Shown here: one piece after another, positions 23,391 to 37,420 of the stretch | Numbering within the stretch: the stretch's first letter is position 1 | Layout of the letters: every line of letters starts with the position of its first letter | Source of the DNA: Callorhinchus milii | Lineage: Eukaryota | DNA length: 64,000 bases | NCBI RefSeq assembly: GCF_018977255.1 | Contig: NW_024704743.1 | Span: 5,520,001 to 5,584,000 of the forward strand | Direction of reading: 5' to 3' | The notes under the pieces: model-generated | What the model saw: only the letters and a program-made list of their open reading frames with translations | Told to the model about the DNA's origin: nothing | Database searches by the model: none | Translations under genes and position numbers: made by a program

Positions 23391-26300
23391 TTCGAATCAT
23401 GAAGATATCACAAAGTGCTTCACAAGGTATACTGTAAAGTGCAGTGACTAAATTTTTAAGCGGTAGCTAATTTGCGCCATTACAACTTCCCACAAACAGC
23501 CACAAAGTGAATGACCAAATGCAAGGATTATTATTTCATGAACATTGGGAACTTTGCATTCCATAGTATAACAGTATCTGAGGAATTTTCAAAACCTGAT
23601 CTGTATCCAAGTTGTCGATCTGGGGATGGTGGGGCAGGGCACATGAAAGCAGGTCTGAGTTGGTGCATGGGTGAAGTATAGTTTCAGGTAATGTTTTATT
23701 ATTCAGGCATTACATTGATTTTCCTGTAGTTACCCCAAAAACTCAGCAATTTTCACTTTATAGAGAGACAAAACCAATCCAGCAGCAATATTGTTTTTCC
23801 TGGCAAAGCCCGAGTACATTCATTTATTGCATTCATTCATTGACCTCTGTTTGAATTCAATCTATCGCTGCACGATGCCTGCTCACACAGTGCCGAATTG
23901 CTATTGTATTTCAGTTCTTGTATCAAAATGGAAAGGTTTGATTTCAGTAGTGATCATTCCCAACAAAGAGTGGTCATTTGTTTTACTGAAGCCAGTTCTT
24001 TGTTTGTTTGTTTGCTGCAGTTTGATCTATTCCGAGTCTTTTATTCACATGTGGCGTTACTAGGGGAACATTTATTATCATTTGAGAACCTGTCTGCCAG
24101 AACTGAATGCTCATTCTGCGTCAGGAGTACTCACTCATCCCTTTTCTGATCATGGATCTAGTCAGGCAAAGCCAACGTGTTGTGCACTATTTGTAACACA
24201 AGAGTTCATGGTTCATTTCCAGACAAAGGACATCCCAGCTGAATTGTCCTGCAGAAGGGTTTTATTAAAAGGACACTGACTTCAGGATAAGCTGTTGGGC
24301 AATTTTTTAAATTATTAATTGGCGAGCAAAAGATTGCTTGGGACTGAAAGGATTGCTCTTTAAAGAGATAGCACAAACACGATGGACCGAATGGCCTTCT
24401 CCCAGGCTGTACATTTCTATGGTTCTATTGCATGCCACACAAATGATTTAGATTGATCTAAAATAAACTGACTTGTCATTTGCATGTGACGTGATTGTGA
24501 TGAAAATGAACCATGTTCTTTCTCCTCCTACGAACAAAAAATACTATTACTTTTTTTTCACGTCGACAGAGATTCTTCAGAAAAATACCTGTGCCAGCGA
24601 GTGAGAACAGAACAGTTTTGCAACCATCCTTCCTGGCAATCTCCCCAGCTCGGGTTCGAAACACTGATTGTCCAGCACCTTGGGACGTCCTCCCGATGTG
24701 AAAGGCGCTATAGAAGTGTAATGTTGTTGTTGTTCCAATTGTTAATTAGCCTTTGAGTAAAGAATATTTTACGGAATATTTTATTTTATCCTGACATAGC
24801 CCTTTGAAAGTCTTTGCAATCCTTTCAGTCCCAGGCAGTAATTTCAGACCAGTCTTCGTCTACTGTCTTGGTACATCTGAAAGTAATCTATTAGCGAGTC
24901 CAATACAGAATAAGCTTGCATCCTGTGATTTGTTAATTAATATCTCTGAAAGTTCTGCACTGTTTGGTTCACAGGTGTGACAATGGTTAAGTTAAACCGG
25001 TGTTCCCCAAATCGACTCTGCGGTGGTTTGTTCATGGGTGCAGATTGGAGCCTTGAGTCCAACCATTTTCGCAAAGTCAGAGGGTTGCTGGTTATCAAGT
25101 GGAATATTGTCAGGAGTAGAACGGGCATCAATGTGATGATTAACATCAGCGATGAATATTGTCCACAAAATAATAACCGCAACACTTTACAGTAAATTAC
25201 AGACATTGTCCTCCCGACATGAAAGCCGGTCTATCAGATGCAAGAAAAAAATTATAACATTTTCTCACAAACAAAATGATAATCCTTGCATTTGATACAG
25301 CACCTTATCACATAGTGGAGATATCTCAAAGCGCTTCACAGGATTTTACTGTGAAGTGTGGTGACTGCGTATTTGGAAGCTAACATTTTCCACTGTTACA
25401 TTTAAAAATGGTCCAGTGCATCAGCAGAGAATGAATGTGAAACCATAAAACACATTAATCCCAGAGTGTCCAGCATCATACGAAGACTCCAGTCTTATTT
25501 TTCAGACACTTCAATAAAGTTATTTTCATTAAATTGAACATTTCTTGTTTACTGAGAGAAAATCACATTTCCATGTTAAAGGTAATGTCGTTGTGTTTTT
25601 TTGTCTTAACAGTTTTAATTCCGTAACAAATAATGTGACAGGATTCACATTGCCTAGGTCAAAATATATACAAGGTACTTGCTGTGTTACAACATCTTTG
25701 AATTGTTTTCAATTAAAGTATAGTCAAACTGTGAGTATTGGGGTTGCTGTTTGGCCTTGGAAAAGTTTGCATCGTCAGAAAATGCCATTGGAATATGGGT
25801 TAACCTTTGGGTCACCTTCATCTCAAGTGACAAGAAAACAAGTTCTATTTTACAAATTAAGAACAAAGAACAAAGACTACGAGGCAGGTGAGTCTGATGG
25901 AGCTGGGAAGCAGCTCCCTTAATGGATGCACTGTCGGCCTGTGCTTATCACAGAGAAATGCAAGCTTCAGGGTTTTTCACAGAATGTATTGTTACAAAGC
26001 CTGGTAAAGATATTACACAGCAATGTGCAGGAAAGTGTTATCAGCAGTGAACAGATGGGCTGTATCAGAACGTTGTCATTCAGCTCACACCTGTTGATCG
26101 CACACTGCAGCCAAAAAAATAATTGGGCTGCAATTTGCAAACAGACGATTAGGATCTGAGTAGAGTCTTTGGGAAATGAAGCAAGCTGTGCGTCGATCTC
26201 AATACATCCCACAAAATGCAGTTTACCGAATTCTCATGAGAAGATTTCAAGACTATAACATGCTGTAGAGGTGCTTCAATCGGGTTTTACTTTGTTATTT

Positions 26301-26910
26301 TTTTTTGAAAGTCCAGTTTATAATTTGCAATGCTTCTTATTAATAATAAAGCTTTCCTTATTGTAATTATTCAACATCAAATGCAAAATGTAGCACTTGC
26401 AATAATATAACATCATATGATCAATCTCCTCAATCATGATGAATTATGCAATATTATACCTGAAATGAAGCACTTTGTAAAATCCAAAGAAGGTTTTGAA
26501 CTAAACCATGACCTCATTGAAGAAGCTATCAATGCTAAGATATTTAGTTACTATATATATATTGGAGAATTTATCATATTATCTTTGCCCAGTAAGATGT
26601 AACCACACATGGTCACTACAATTCATTGTGCAATTAAATACAGTGATAATGTTAAACAAGCCAATGATATCCAAAAGACATAATTCTTCAACAAGCCCAT
26701 TTCTTAAACCTTTCATCTGAAATTCTCCCTCATCTGAGTATGTGAGGCAATTTTGCCTTAAAATTTAAGATTTTAGAAAATTGTAGAAAATTCTTACATT
26801 CAGGCTTAATTTGGAAACTGGGATTTCCGGTTCTTCATTCCAAATTAAAAATGAATTTAAAACATATAAATTTAGAACATTTCCACAATAATGCACAAAA
26901 TGGCAAACAA

Positions 26911-27092
26911 ACAACCTGCGCCTAATACCTTCCGGAATTAGGTAAGCAGGAGGCTTCCCTCCAGGGAGAGAGTGCGCATTCCATTCCAAAAATCTATCTC
27001 TGTAATTTTCATGTGCAGGTGGGATGCATGGAAATCTTAGTTTGGTTTGGGTACTCTTAAGCACGGTGATGGGTTTCTGCATGTGTCAGACC
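26911..27092 (-). repeat. Unclassified repeat family X
   Basis: Reverse complement aligns with 22320-22490. Confidence 0.75.
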
Positions 27093-27719
27093 AAAGAAAA
27101 CATGACCAAAAATAATGGCAGACAAAATGTTCCTGTAGGCTAAGACAAAGGTGATTTTTGGATGCCAGGAAGGGAATTTGGATTAGAACTATATTGCTCA
27201 TCAGTTACAATCTTTACAATGTATCGCTTGAGAAGAGATATTTAAGGGTGGACTAAAGAGAAGTGTTTAAAATTATAAACGGGTTTATAATTATACAAAC
27301 ACCCTCCCGATATGAAGGGCACTATATTAAGGCAATGTATTGTTGTTGTTTGATAAATGGGAGGATTCCACTTTTTGTCCAGCAAACTTCCACACAGAGA
27401 CAAAAAGTGACTGAACACTTTTATTTGGAGGATTGTAGTTTATGACACTGGGAGAAACTATCTTCCCTTTTTGAATAGTGCCATGGCATCTTTAACATCC
27501 ACTTGAACAGGATGTTGGTTTGATGTCTCACCTGAACAGAAGCTGTTTATTCTTAGCAACTGTTGAAACCAGGCTTCCATGTACCTGTGTTAAGAAAGCC
27601 TAAGACTTTAGAACATGGGAAAACAAGATCATCGGTTCATTCATTCAGTCCATTAAGCCTGTTCCACCAGTATGGCAGATCTTTTAATCCCAAAGTCTTG
27701 CCCTTTCATTATTACCCCA

Positions 27720-27918
27720 AAGTTTTGGAACTCTTTCCCTCAATCCCTCTGCCTTGCCCCTTCCTTCCCCTCTTTTAGATCACGCTGAAGACCTTCCTCT
27801 TCGACTGTGCTTACAGTCACCTCCTCCTCCGGCTGGGTGTCAGGCTCCGCCACTGCTAAGTGCTCCGAATCGCTGCCCGACGTGAAGGGTGCCACATAAG
27901 TGCAAGTTACTGTTGTCG
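27720..27918 (+). mobile_element. L2 3' fragment
   Basis: ttggaactctttccctcaatccct..gaccttcctcttcgac..gacgtgaagggtgcc. Confidence 0.85.
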
Positions 27919-28328
27919 TACCCCCTAAAATCTCTCCTACTCAAGCATTTGTCTATCTCTCTCCTCAACATACAAGACAAGTTGAAATATTGGTGCTGAG
28001 ATTTATAAAAATGTGCAATATGCAAAATATCATTTCACGTTGCTATTTCAGTTCTTTATGTTTTAGTAAGACAGAAAGCTTTCGTGCTTTATCATCACCA
28101 AAAAAAATTCCACAAGAACAAAATATGTCATTTTTAAACGCTTCTTGACTGGAGGCAATTTGTGAAGGAACACACACACACATAGCATGTTTAAAAATCA
28201 CAGAATCATTACATTGGCCTATTGTTTTATCGCCCAAATTGTTTTGTGAATTAGTTGTAATGCCTGATAATAATAATCCTTGTATTTGATGTTGCGTATT
28301 ATCACGTCGAGCACAGATGGCACAAAAA

Positions 28329-28650
28329 CAGTCTCATGGTTCACCACCAGATCTGGCTCAAACACCTCCAAACTTACCACCTCTCCCTCAAAAAAGTCAA
28401 AATGGTGTTTTACTCCCAACGCTATCCCGGAGGTCAAAAACAATCCCAAACTCCTGAATCCCAACACCTCCCCTAGGCCCCTCCTCAAGCACTCTCTATT
28501 TGCCGAATGGCAAATGCGAAGAGGTGGTGGACTTCTTTACATTGAAAAGCACACTTAGCTGCTTCCTCTACCAATCCATCCCCCACCCCTCTGCCCTTGT
28601 CTTGCAGAACTCCTCTTTCCTCTTCTACTGTTGCAACCACTGCTCCTTTT
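28329..28650 (+). mobile_element. L2 ORF2 linker fragment
   Basis: LMVHHQIWLKHLQTYHLSLKKVKMVFYS..VKNNPKLL matches GLTVHRQIWLDLLKIY..AKNNPRLL of the 14.9-kb L2. Confidence 0.75.
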
Positions 28651-29338
28651 CTAGACTCATTTGCCCCCATTTCTACTTTTTTTGATATTAATGGGATGAA
28701 AAATATATTTCTTAACGGATTCGATAACACATTCGATAAAATTGAATCTAACATTCGCCCTACTTGAGACAAAAGGTTTGCCACATAAATACACAAGAAG
28801 ATAAATGCACAGGGTTGCAAATGTGCATTTTTGCTTCAAATCGCAAGGAATCTAAATATATTTTTAAGCCCATCTTCAAGAGGTAATCACAAAGAAAATC
28901 ACACACCAAAACTATTACTGACTATTAGTACACAACCATGCTGTCATATTACCAAGATAATTTAGATAAATGTAAGTATCAGAACTCTTGTACAGAGACT
29001 GAATTTGTAACTAACCTGGCAGAAAAGAAGAAATTTGTACAATTGCTTATTAATCAATTTCTCCAGAATACGATTTGTCCGCAGATTGAAAGTGTGCTTT
29101 CTTAGACGTGTATTACACAAAATTATCTGTCAACGGCATCAAATTACATAATGGGGACAATTGTGTTTTGCACAATTCTGCTTGTAAATGCCGTCAAATG
29201 TGAATGCTTTCTCCGTGATTTAACTCGGTGATAGAATTCTGTACAGTGTTGAACAATGATAATTGTTGGCCTTAAATGATAATGCTAAGTCTGCTCTCTG
29301 CCTCAATCCCTCTGCCTACTCCCCTTCTTGTCCATCGT

Positions 29339-29612
29339 GAGCACTCGCCTTGCAAGCGAGACACCTGGGTTCCATTCCAGCAGGACAAAACCTTGGGCAA
29401 GTTTCCTTACTCCACACGCCTGATAGTAATCCCTCCAAAACAATAATAAATTGGTCATTTTCAATCCACGACTGTTTGTGGGACACTGCTGTGTGCAATT
29501 GGCTGCCGCGTTCGCCCACAAATATACAGTCAATTCACTTTACAGTCTTTGAAATGTCGAGAAGACGTGAAAAGCGCTATATGAAATGCAAGAATTATTA
29601 TTATTATTATTA
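29339..29612 (+). mobile_element. SINE-A, short subfamily, A box lost
   Basis: gagcactcgccttgcaagcgag..ccacacgcctgatagtaatccctc..(TTA)n. Confidence 0.93.
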
Positions 29613-30172
29613 ACAATGGCATGCTCTGTGTCCCCAAAGTGTGCTTCAGTGCGCAGTTAAAGGGACATGTTTAAGGAGAGGTGGTTTTAATCAATACTCT
29701 CCACGGAACGACCCACGTTTTCCCTCTTGCTCCTGTGACAAAAGTGATTATCTTTGGCGAGTATACTACCTAATATTTCTCTCCACATGCTTTGATTTAT
29801 AGAGCGCAACAACCTTACTCGCATCGCAGGGGAGAGAAGCAGCCTTCAAGCTGCTGTTGCAAACAAGAAGAAACAATTATCCCTTATTCACTACATTACC
29901 TTACAGTGGAGTACTTCCCATCTTTGCTGCATTGAGCTGGTGTCACAAACTAGCCTTCCTCCCTGGTGCTACTAACCTTTGTGCCATGCACAAAATTGAT
30001 CTAAATAAGGACAAACACATTCCAAAAATTCTAATGAAGTGCAAATGTTCTGATTTTATATATTAATTGCGTTTGATGTAGTGTCTTTCATATCGGGAGG
30101 ACCTCTCTAAGTGTTTTGCTGGAATTATTGTAAGATGTGGTAACCCCATGTTTTGTAGACAAATGCATCAGT

Positions 30173-30722
30173 CAACAACAACTTTCCCTTAAGTAGCGCC
30201 CTCCACGCAAGGTAGTTTCTCAGAGCGCTTAACAATGGCGGAGCCTGAATCCGAGCCGGAGGAGGGTGAGGTGGGAGGGGGCCATAAGCACGGTCGAAGG
30301 GGAAGGTTTTCAGGCGGGACTTGAAAAAGGGGAGAGAGGGGGCAAGGCAGAGGGATTGAGGGAGAGTGTTCCAGAGTATTGGGGCGTAGTGGCTGAAAGC
30401 GCGACCTCCAATGGTGGGGCGGAATGTGTGAAGGACGAGCAGGAGGTCGATGCCAGTCGAGCGGAGGATTGGGGAGTGAGGAGGTCAGAGAGGTGGGGAG
30501 GTACCAGGGAGTGAAGGGATTTGAACATGAGGATCTTGAAGTCAATCTGTTTGGTGATGGGGAGCCAGTGGAGCCTGACCAGAACTGGTGAGATGTGGGT
30601 ACAGAGTTTAGTCTGGGTCAGTATGCGGGCGACAGAGTTCGGAATGAGCTGAATCTTTTGAATGGTGGAGCTGGGGAGACCGGGGAGGAGTGCGTTTGAG
30701 TAATCCAAGCGGGAGGTGACAA
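30173..30722 (-). mobile_element. L2 3' fragment
   Basis: [29 protein letters not shown]; (CAA)n at left end. Confidence 0.95.
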
Positions 30723-30978
30723 ACGATGGATGCCAATTTTCACACAGCAACATCCATCCCCAAAATAGCCTCGAGGTGAACGTACCTGGCATTTACAAAC
30801 ACGGGCATTGTTTTAGGGTCAGAGAGCGGCAACAACAACAAGTTACATTTGTGTAGCGCCTTCTGAAATCGCACAATAGCAATGGTTACCAGAGTGAAGT
30901 ACATTTTGGTTTAGACAAACGGCTCAACAGGCAGTAACTCAATTGTTCTTTACATTAACAATACAGGGTGTCACCAAC

Positions 30979-31402
30979 AGCCTGGCTCAGGTAATAGCAA
31001 TCTCACCTCTGAGTCAGAAGATTTTGAATTCAAGCCTCATATTGGATTGTGGGTCTCAGGTAGTCTATGATGATACCCCAGCGTAGTGCTGGGAGTGTCC
31101 CACATTGTTGGAGGTGCCGTCCTTCAGATGAAATGTTAAACCAAGTGTTCAGGTAGATGTTGAAAATCCCATGACAAATATTCGAGAAGAGAAGAGAGTT
31201 TCTCTGTGGGCCACAAACTCCCAAACTGTATTGGTCATTCACTTCATGGCTGTCTGTGAGACATTGCTCCATGCAAAACTGGCTGCTGCGTTCAACCAAA
31301 AAACAGTTATGCCACTTTACAGTATATCTTGTAAAGCGCTTTAAGACATCTCGACAATGTGAGAAGGCGTTCTACCAAATATAAAGATTATTATTATTAT
31401 TA
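30979..31402 (+). mobile_element. SINE-B (SacSINE1/DeuSINE-like), full length
   Basis: cctggctcaggtaatagcaatctcacctctgagtcagaag head, ggaggtgccgtccttcagatga..aaatcccatga body, shared 3' half, (TTA)n. Confidence 0.8.
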
Positions 31403-32664
31403 ATAGAAAGACAAAGTGTACCGTACAGCAGAAGCAGACAAAGTGTACAGTACATGTGTATGAATTTATGAGAGAAGCCATAATTGAAATTGACATTGTT
31501 GATGTTCCACCAAACAATAAAGTAATAAAAATGGTAATATAGGTAGATTCAGATTCAGTCACTATGCCCCTAATGTCTGGAACTGCCTCCACCTCAGTCC
31601 TTCTCTATCTGTTTTTAACCCCCACCTTAAGCTCTATTGCTTAAGCCAAACCTGTGGTCACCCACTTATCCCCTTTCACTGGCCACTAAATAATACAAGT
31701 TGGTAAAGCTGTAGATGGTTCATTTATGAATTGCCTGTTTTAATGATGCTAATCGCAAAGTGGTGTTACATGGTGCATGAATGCTGGTAGGAAATTGAGC
31801 TTCACTAGCAGCTGCTTCATTTTTTTCTCTCTTTAACATGAGCAGTCAGTTACCATGAAGCTGTATATAGGGGAGGAAGACTCAGGTGCCAGCCATGGGC
31901 AAGATTCAAAGGAGGCCGGTTGAGCTTAACCACTTTGAGATGCAGCTGCTGGGAGGAATGTATGTTTGGACCAAGAATTAGACTTGTATTGGGATGAAAC
32001 AACAAGCCAGTTGCTATATGATACTCAATCCAAGTTTCATAGTTAATTAATAACAATAATCCTTGCATTTGATATAACGGCTTATCATGTTGTTGAGACA
32101 TCTCAAAGCGTTTCATTTGCTGCATCACTGCCTTAAGCCGGTTGATAACTGTTCAATGGACCAAGATTTTATTGCTGAAAATCACTGATCTTCTCTCAAA
32201 ATGTCTGGTGTGCTCAGATCGTTAATATCACTCACATGCAGTGCTGGGGGTGTGTGCTGATCTCTTATCAGCAGTACCCTGGAATACTACGGACCTGGCT
32301 GGCTGAGAAACCAGACTGCCAAGACCCCCACAGAGGTTTGACTTGCTTCCAATACCAACCAAAGAGACAGCTCAGCTCCAAGGAGACCCTGCTTACCCCT
32401 CACCCAGAGGATAGTTTATAAGTATATCACAATTCCTGTGTATAAATAGTGAAAGCTACTTAACTGAAAAATATTAAATTGCCAGATTAACATTACTAAC
32501 TATATAATGGCTACGGTCTCAGTAATATCACTGAATGTTTGTTGGATTATATCATTTAAATCACCCATCACATGATAATGATTTTATTATGTGAATTTAA
32601 TCGTTATCTTCACTTCGTGGAGCCCAAACAGGGAACAACATCAATCATACATTTTTGTTTCTAG

Positions 32665-32990
32665 ATCAAGAACTCACAGTGCGGACTGACATTCCAGTGC
32701 AGTCCCAGGAGGAGTGATGCATTGTCAGAGGCGCCGTCCTTCGGATTAGACATTATAAACCAGGGTTTTATCTGCTTGTGCAGGTGGACATTAAAGATCC
32801 CATGGCCCTAATTGAAAGGAGAAGGGAGTCCTCTAAATAAAATTGTCATTCTCTCGTGGGAGATTGCTAAACACAAATTGCCCACCCCATTAGCCTACAA
32901 AATGCATAGCCATGACACTTTACAGTAAATCCTGGAAAGTGCTTTGAGATGTCTCAGCAACATGATAAGGCACAATAATCAAATGCAACA
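32665..32990 (+). mobile_element. SINE-B, 5'-truncated
   Basis: tgcattgtcagaggcgccgtccttcgga..taaagatcccatggc. Confidence 0.8.
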
Positions 32991-33359
32991 ATTGAAACGA
33001 TTAATAAAATTCAATTACTATTATAAACGTAACCATGAGATAAAAATGCAATTTTTCTACATGGAATCTGTTAGGAAACATTGCATTTTTCACCATTCTG
33101 CATATTACTATTTATAACCATTTAGCAATATGATTGGTACATTAATAACATCCTGCAGTATTATTATTATGGTTCACCAATTATCAGCTCTCCTGGCCCT
33201 TCCTCTCTGTTACCCAGTGGAGACAATCCTGATCTGATACATTTGCCTTTCCTCTTTCCATTGCACTGCCTTACATATCAACTTAATGTGGGGGTAGACT
33301 ATATTAAGGAATGAGGAGATCCTTCAAGTCAAAGGATTCCCCAATGAAGAATGATGACA

Positions 33360-33518
33360 GGAAATTCTTAAATTCAGGCTTAACGTTGAGCCAGTTTCCT
33401 CCAAGGTCTTTTAAGAACTAAAAAAAATTAACTTCAGAGTTAAGAATTTGCCAAATTCTGGACACTCTACAATGCTATATATATTGAATAAATCTAGACC
33501 CAAGTGGAATTTCTACCC
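33360..33518 (+). repeat. Repeat family Y (MITE-like)
   Basis: Matches 4108-4220(-) and 36981-37102; ends gaaattc / gaatttc. Confidence 0.6.
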
Positions 33519-34908
33519 AGGAAAGTGCAGTCATACAATATTTACTCGAATTATAGGAATTCCTGAGTCTAAGATGTTGGCAGATGCTAGGGTTTTTTGG
33601 GGGGGAAAAAAGAACTTTCCTGCAATTCTAAGGCGCCATTCATTCTAAAGCACTTTCTGGTTTTTGATTTAGTTGTATTGAAAAAACCTGCACCTTAGAT
33701 TCCCTAAGATACTCAAAGAACAAAGTGAAGCATACCACAATTTTGACACCCATTCCAGACAGGAAACAGTACAATAGTTCTTTACCTTAGGAGATATTTA
33801 CATTTACTTGTTTGTGGGACTTTGCTGTGCACAAATTGGTTGTGGCATTCACCCACAAAATGCACAGTCTGTTTACAGCAAAACCTGTGAACTGCTTTGA
33901 GACATTCTCCTGACATGAAAGGTGCTATATCAAATGTAAGGATTATTATTATTTAGTTAATGTAATCAGAGTTGTGCTTGTACTCCTGCATTATCTCAAC
34001 GCTTTGAACCAGAACATTTTATACAACATGAATGGGCTGTATCAGATGCAAGTCACAATCGGTTTCCCTTTAACATTTTCATCAGGCAATGTGAATAAAA
34101 GGTGAGTTAGGGCCCAAGCATTATGAGATTGGTATCATCTTATCAGTTGTCATGGAGACAATGCAACCGCTGAAGTCAATGCAAGAGACGGTAATACAGG
34201 AGCAGAGCTGAGGAGAGCTGTCACACAGCAAAGCACTCGACAGAGGATAAGAAATCACAAATGTAGCACTGAGAGCAATACCAGGGGTAATGATGTTTCA
34301 GTTTAGACGTCATGGCCATTAGCATTCTGGAGATTTTCTCTCTCGCCACTCGCCCCACTCAGGTTGGTAATGACCATTCTGTCCTCCAGAATGGCGCTGA
34401 CTCCCTATAACAGGCTGCCAATAGCTCTTTATTAACACCCAGGGACAAACGAGAGCAGATTTACTTGTTCCCGATGAACAATCTCTGATCACTGCTTCAA
34501 ATCAGTCAATGAGTCTCTTCAGCGAGAGACTAAACTTCCATGGGAGAAAACGCAAGTGCTGTTCTCTCCTCCTCACTCTCAACGCTATCAAGAACGAAAA
34601 CTATTAAAACAAAATAGGCAAATTTATGACGAAGACACGGAGAATCTAATATTTTTTGGCTTGTGATTATTGAAGATTATTTTTGGACTGTGCATCATCA
34701 ACTTTATGTGAAGAGTTTATTACGCGAGAAGACGAGTAAAATTACACTGTTTGAGTTACCAGCGTCATCCGTGTGGAATGCTGACCGGTGCCCTACTGCA
34801 CAAATTTAGCAGAATGATAGTGCTTAGTTGCCATAACATTGACTGATGTTCGCCCATAATGCAAACCAGCAAACCTTTTGCAATTCTTTTAGCACTCTGG
34901 GCAGTAAA

Positions 34909-35295
34909 AGTCCGGTAGCTTAGTGGTTGGCGAGCTTGCTGGTTACTCAAACAGTGTAACTTTACTTGTCTTCACATAAAGTTGATGATGGGACCTGGGT
35001 TCAATTCCCTGGCAGGGAAAAACCTTAGGAAAGTTTCCTTACTCCACACGCCTGGTTACCCAGCAACAAGTAGGAACCCATTATTAGTCGAATGGTGGAT
35101 CACATCCCGGGGTTAATAATCCCTCCAAAAAAAAATGTGGTCACTCAATCCACAACTATTGGTGGACACTGCAATTGGCTGCTGCATTTCGCCCACAAAA
35201 TGCAGAGTCACTGCACTATACAGTATATTCTGTGAAGCGCTTTGAGAAGTCTCAACCACCTGAGAAGGGACTATATCAAATGCAAGGATTATTAT
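34909..35295 (+). mobile_element. SINE-A, long subfamily, anticodon arm replaced by an inverted local copy
   Basis: agtccggtagcttagtggtt [insert] ggacctgggttcaattcc..tail. Confidence 0.9.
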
Positions 35296-36980
35296 ATGAT
35301 GTTTTGCCTACAATACACAGTCACTACACTTTACAGGAAAATATTGTGAGGTTCTTTGAGATTTTCCGATGACGTAATAAGGTGCTATTTTAAATGCAAG
35401 GCTTATTATTTATTATTAAATTGCTACAGAAAGGTTACAGCTGTAAATAACAGACGGGCTGAATCTTACCCCAATTTCTGTAGTAACTCGCTGAGTAATA
35501 TAAATAATAATCCTTGCATTTGATAACGCACATTATCAGGTCAAAGCACATTACAGGATTTTTACTGTGAATGTAGTAACTGGATTTGTAGGCAAATGTG
35601 GCAGCCAATTTGAGAACCGCAATGTCCCACAAGCAGCCTTGGGTATAAACCCTGGACCGTCAAGTGCCTGACGGACTTCCTTCTAATGTGAAAGGTGACT
35701 ATATCAATGTAAATTTATATTGTATGAAGTGAATAATGGATAATTCATTACAACCCAAAGTTGCGCTTTATTATTCGTCAATCCACTGTAACAGCAAAGC
35801 ATACGCAGCCTTCCAATATTTTTATATAAATTGAAAAATAATCTTTCTGCATTCCAAGAATACCAAAATTCTTTAACATCAAACATTTCTCTTGCAGGGC
35901 TGTTTGAATATTTTCAGACATATGAATTTCTCAGATGGCCAAGTGCTCAATGGAAAATCAGTGATGTACTTTATTATAATTATAATAATAATAATCCTTG
36001 CTTTTGATATAACGCCTTATTACGTATTCGAGACAACTCAACGCGCTTCACCGAATGTACTGTAAAGTGAATTGACATGGATTGAGTGACCACATTTTTT
36101 TTATTGCACAGCAACAATAAAATTTGTACATTTGTCACATTTTCAAAGCACATCACGATCAGCAAAGTTGGTAACTCATTTGTGGAGACTTGTTGTGATC
36201 TTGGTGGTGAGAATATGGAACTCACTGCCGGAAACTATGGTCAAAGCAAATGAATCATTGTGTTTAAGAGAAAACTTGGAATAAAATAAGCAAATTACCC
36301 TTGCATTTGATTTAGTAACTTTCATATAGGAGTACTTCTCAAAGTGCTTCATAAGATATACTGTAAATTGTTGTGACTGTATATTGTAGATGAATGTGGC
36401 AACCAATTTGCACACAGCAATGTCCCGTAAACAACCCTGAAGTGAAGAACCAATTCTATTGGGGAGATAAAACTCCCTTAGCAAAGAGGGTCATAGGAGA
36501 AGAGAGTAGGAAGAGTGGGGTTTCTTGTGGAGTGGACTGGTTGTGCCAAATGACCTGTTTCTGTGCTGTATCACTCTATGAAAACCTCCCTCTTCTGCTG
36601 GGCCTATGGTCACCTCTCCTGCTCCGCCTTTGTTAAATGGTCCGAGGTGCTACCCCAACTGGAATGGTCTCTTAAAATCTCTGTGGCAATATTGCTCTTC
36701 CATAGAGGAGATTGAGATCACAGCAACAGTGTTTCTCTGACTGCTGGTCACAGTTTACTATTGACTGTGGAGAGGTTTACCATACAGAGTCACCCCTTTG
36801 CAGCTGAAGGAGGAAGTGGACTGGCAAATAGCAACAAAACAGATCTGCAAGGGAAATCCACTGGAAGAGTTATATGAAACATTGACTCAAAGAACACTGA
36901 TATTTTTATTATTATCAGTAAAAATAGCCATTGCATTTAATGTTGTTTCTCTCTCAGGAGGATGTCTCATAGCACTTCAC

Positions 36981-37102
36981 TTTTACTCTTAAAAACTACA
37001 GAATACCGCCTTCAGAGTTAAAACTGGATTTAATAATTTGCCAGATTCTGGATGCTCTGAAATGTTAACAGCGCAAAAACTGGACCCAGGTGGAATTTCT
37101 CT
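36981..37102 (+). repeat. Repeat family Y
   Basis: aactacagaa..cttcagagttaa..ttgccagattctgga..ggtggaatttct. Confidence 0.6.
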
Positions 37103-37111
37103 CCAAAAAAT

Positions 37112-37324
37112 CAACAACAACTTGCATTTGTATAGCGCCCTTCAAGTGGGGCAGCACCTTGGAGTGCTTAACAGTGGCAGGGTCTGACATTGAACTGGGG
37201 GAGGGAGAGGTAAGCACAGTCGAAAGGGAAGGTCTTCAGGCGTGATCTAAAAGAGGGGAAGGAGGGGGCAAAGTGGAGGGATTGAGGAAGAGAGTTCCAA
37301 AGCTTTGGGGCATTGTGACTGAAA
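37112..37324 (-). mobile_element. L2 3' fragment
   Basis: [26 protein letters not shown]; (CAA)n. Confidence 0.9.
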
Positions 37325-37420
37325 TCTATTATCTGATAGCTAGATGGTAGTAGTATTATAATAAACAGTAAATGAAAGTATGCTGTGCACATTTATACGC
37401 TGCTGTGAATATCATAGGTA

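Noticed and set aside
29734..29750. gtgacaaaagtgat resembling the miR-153 3' part
   Set aside because: Seed absent and no hairpin seen
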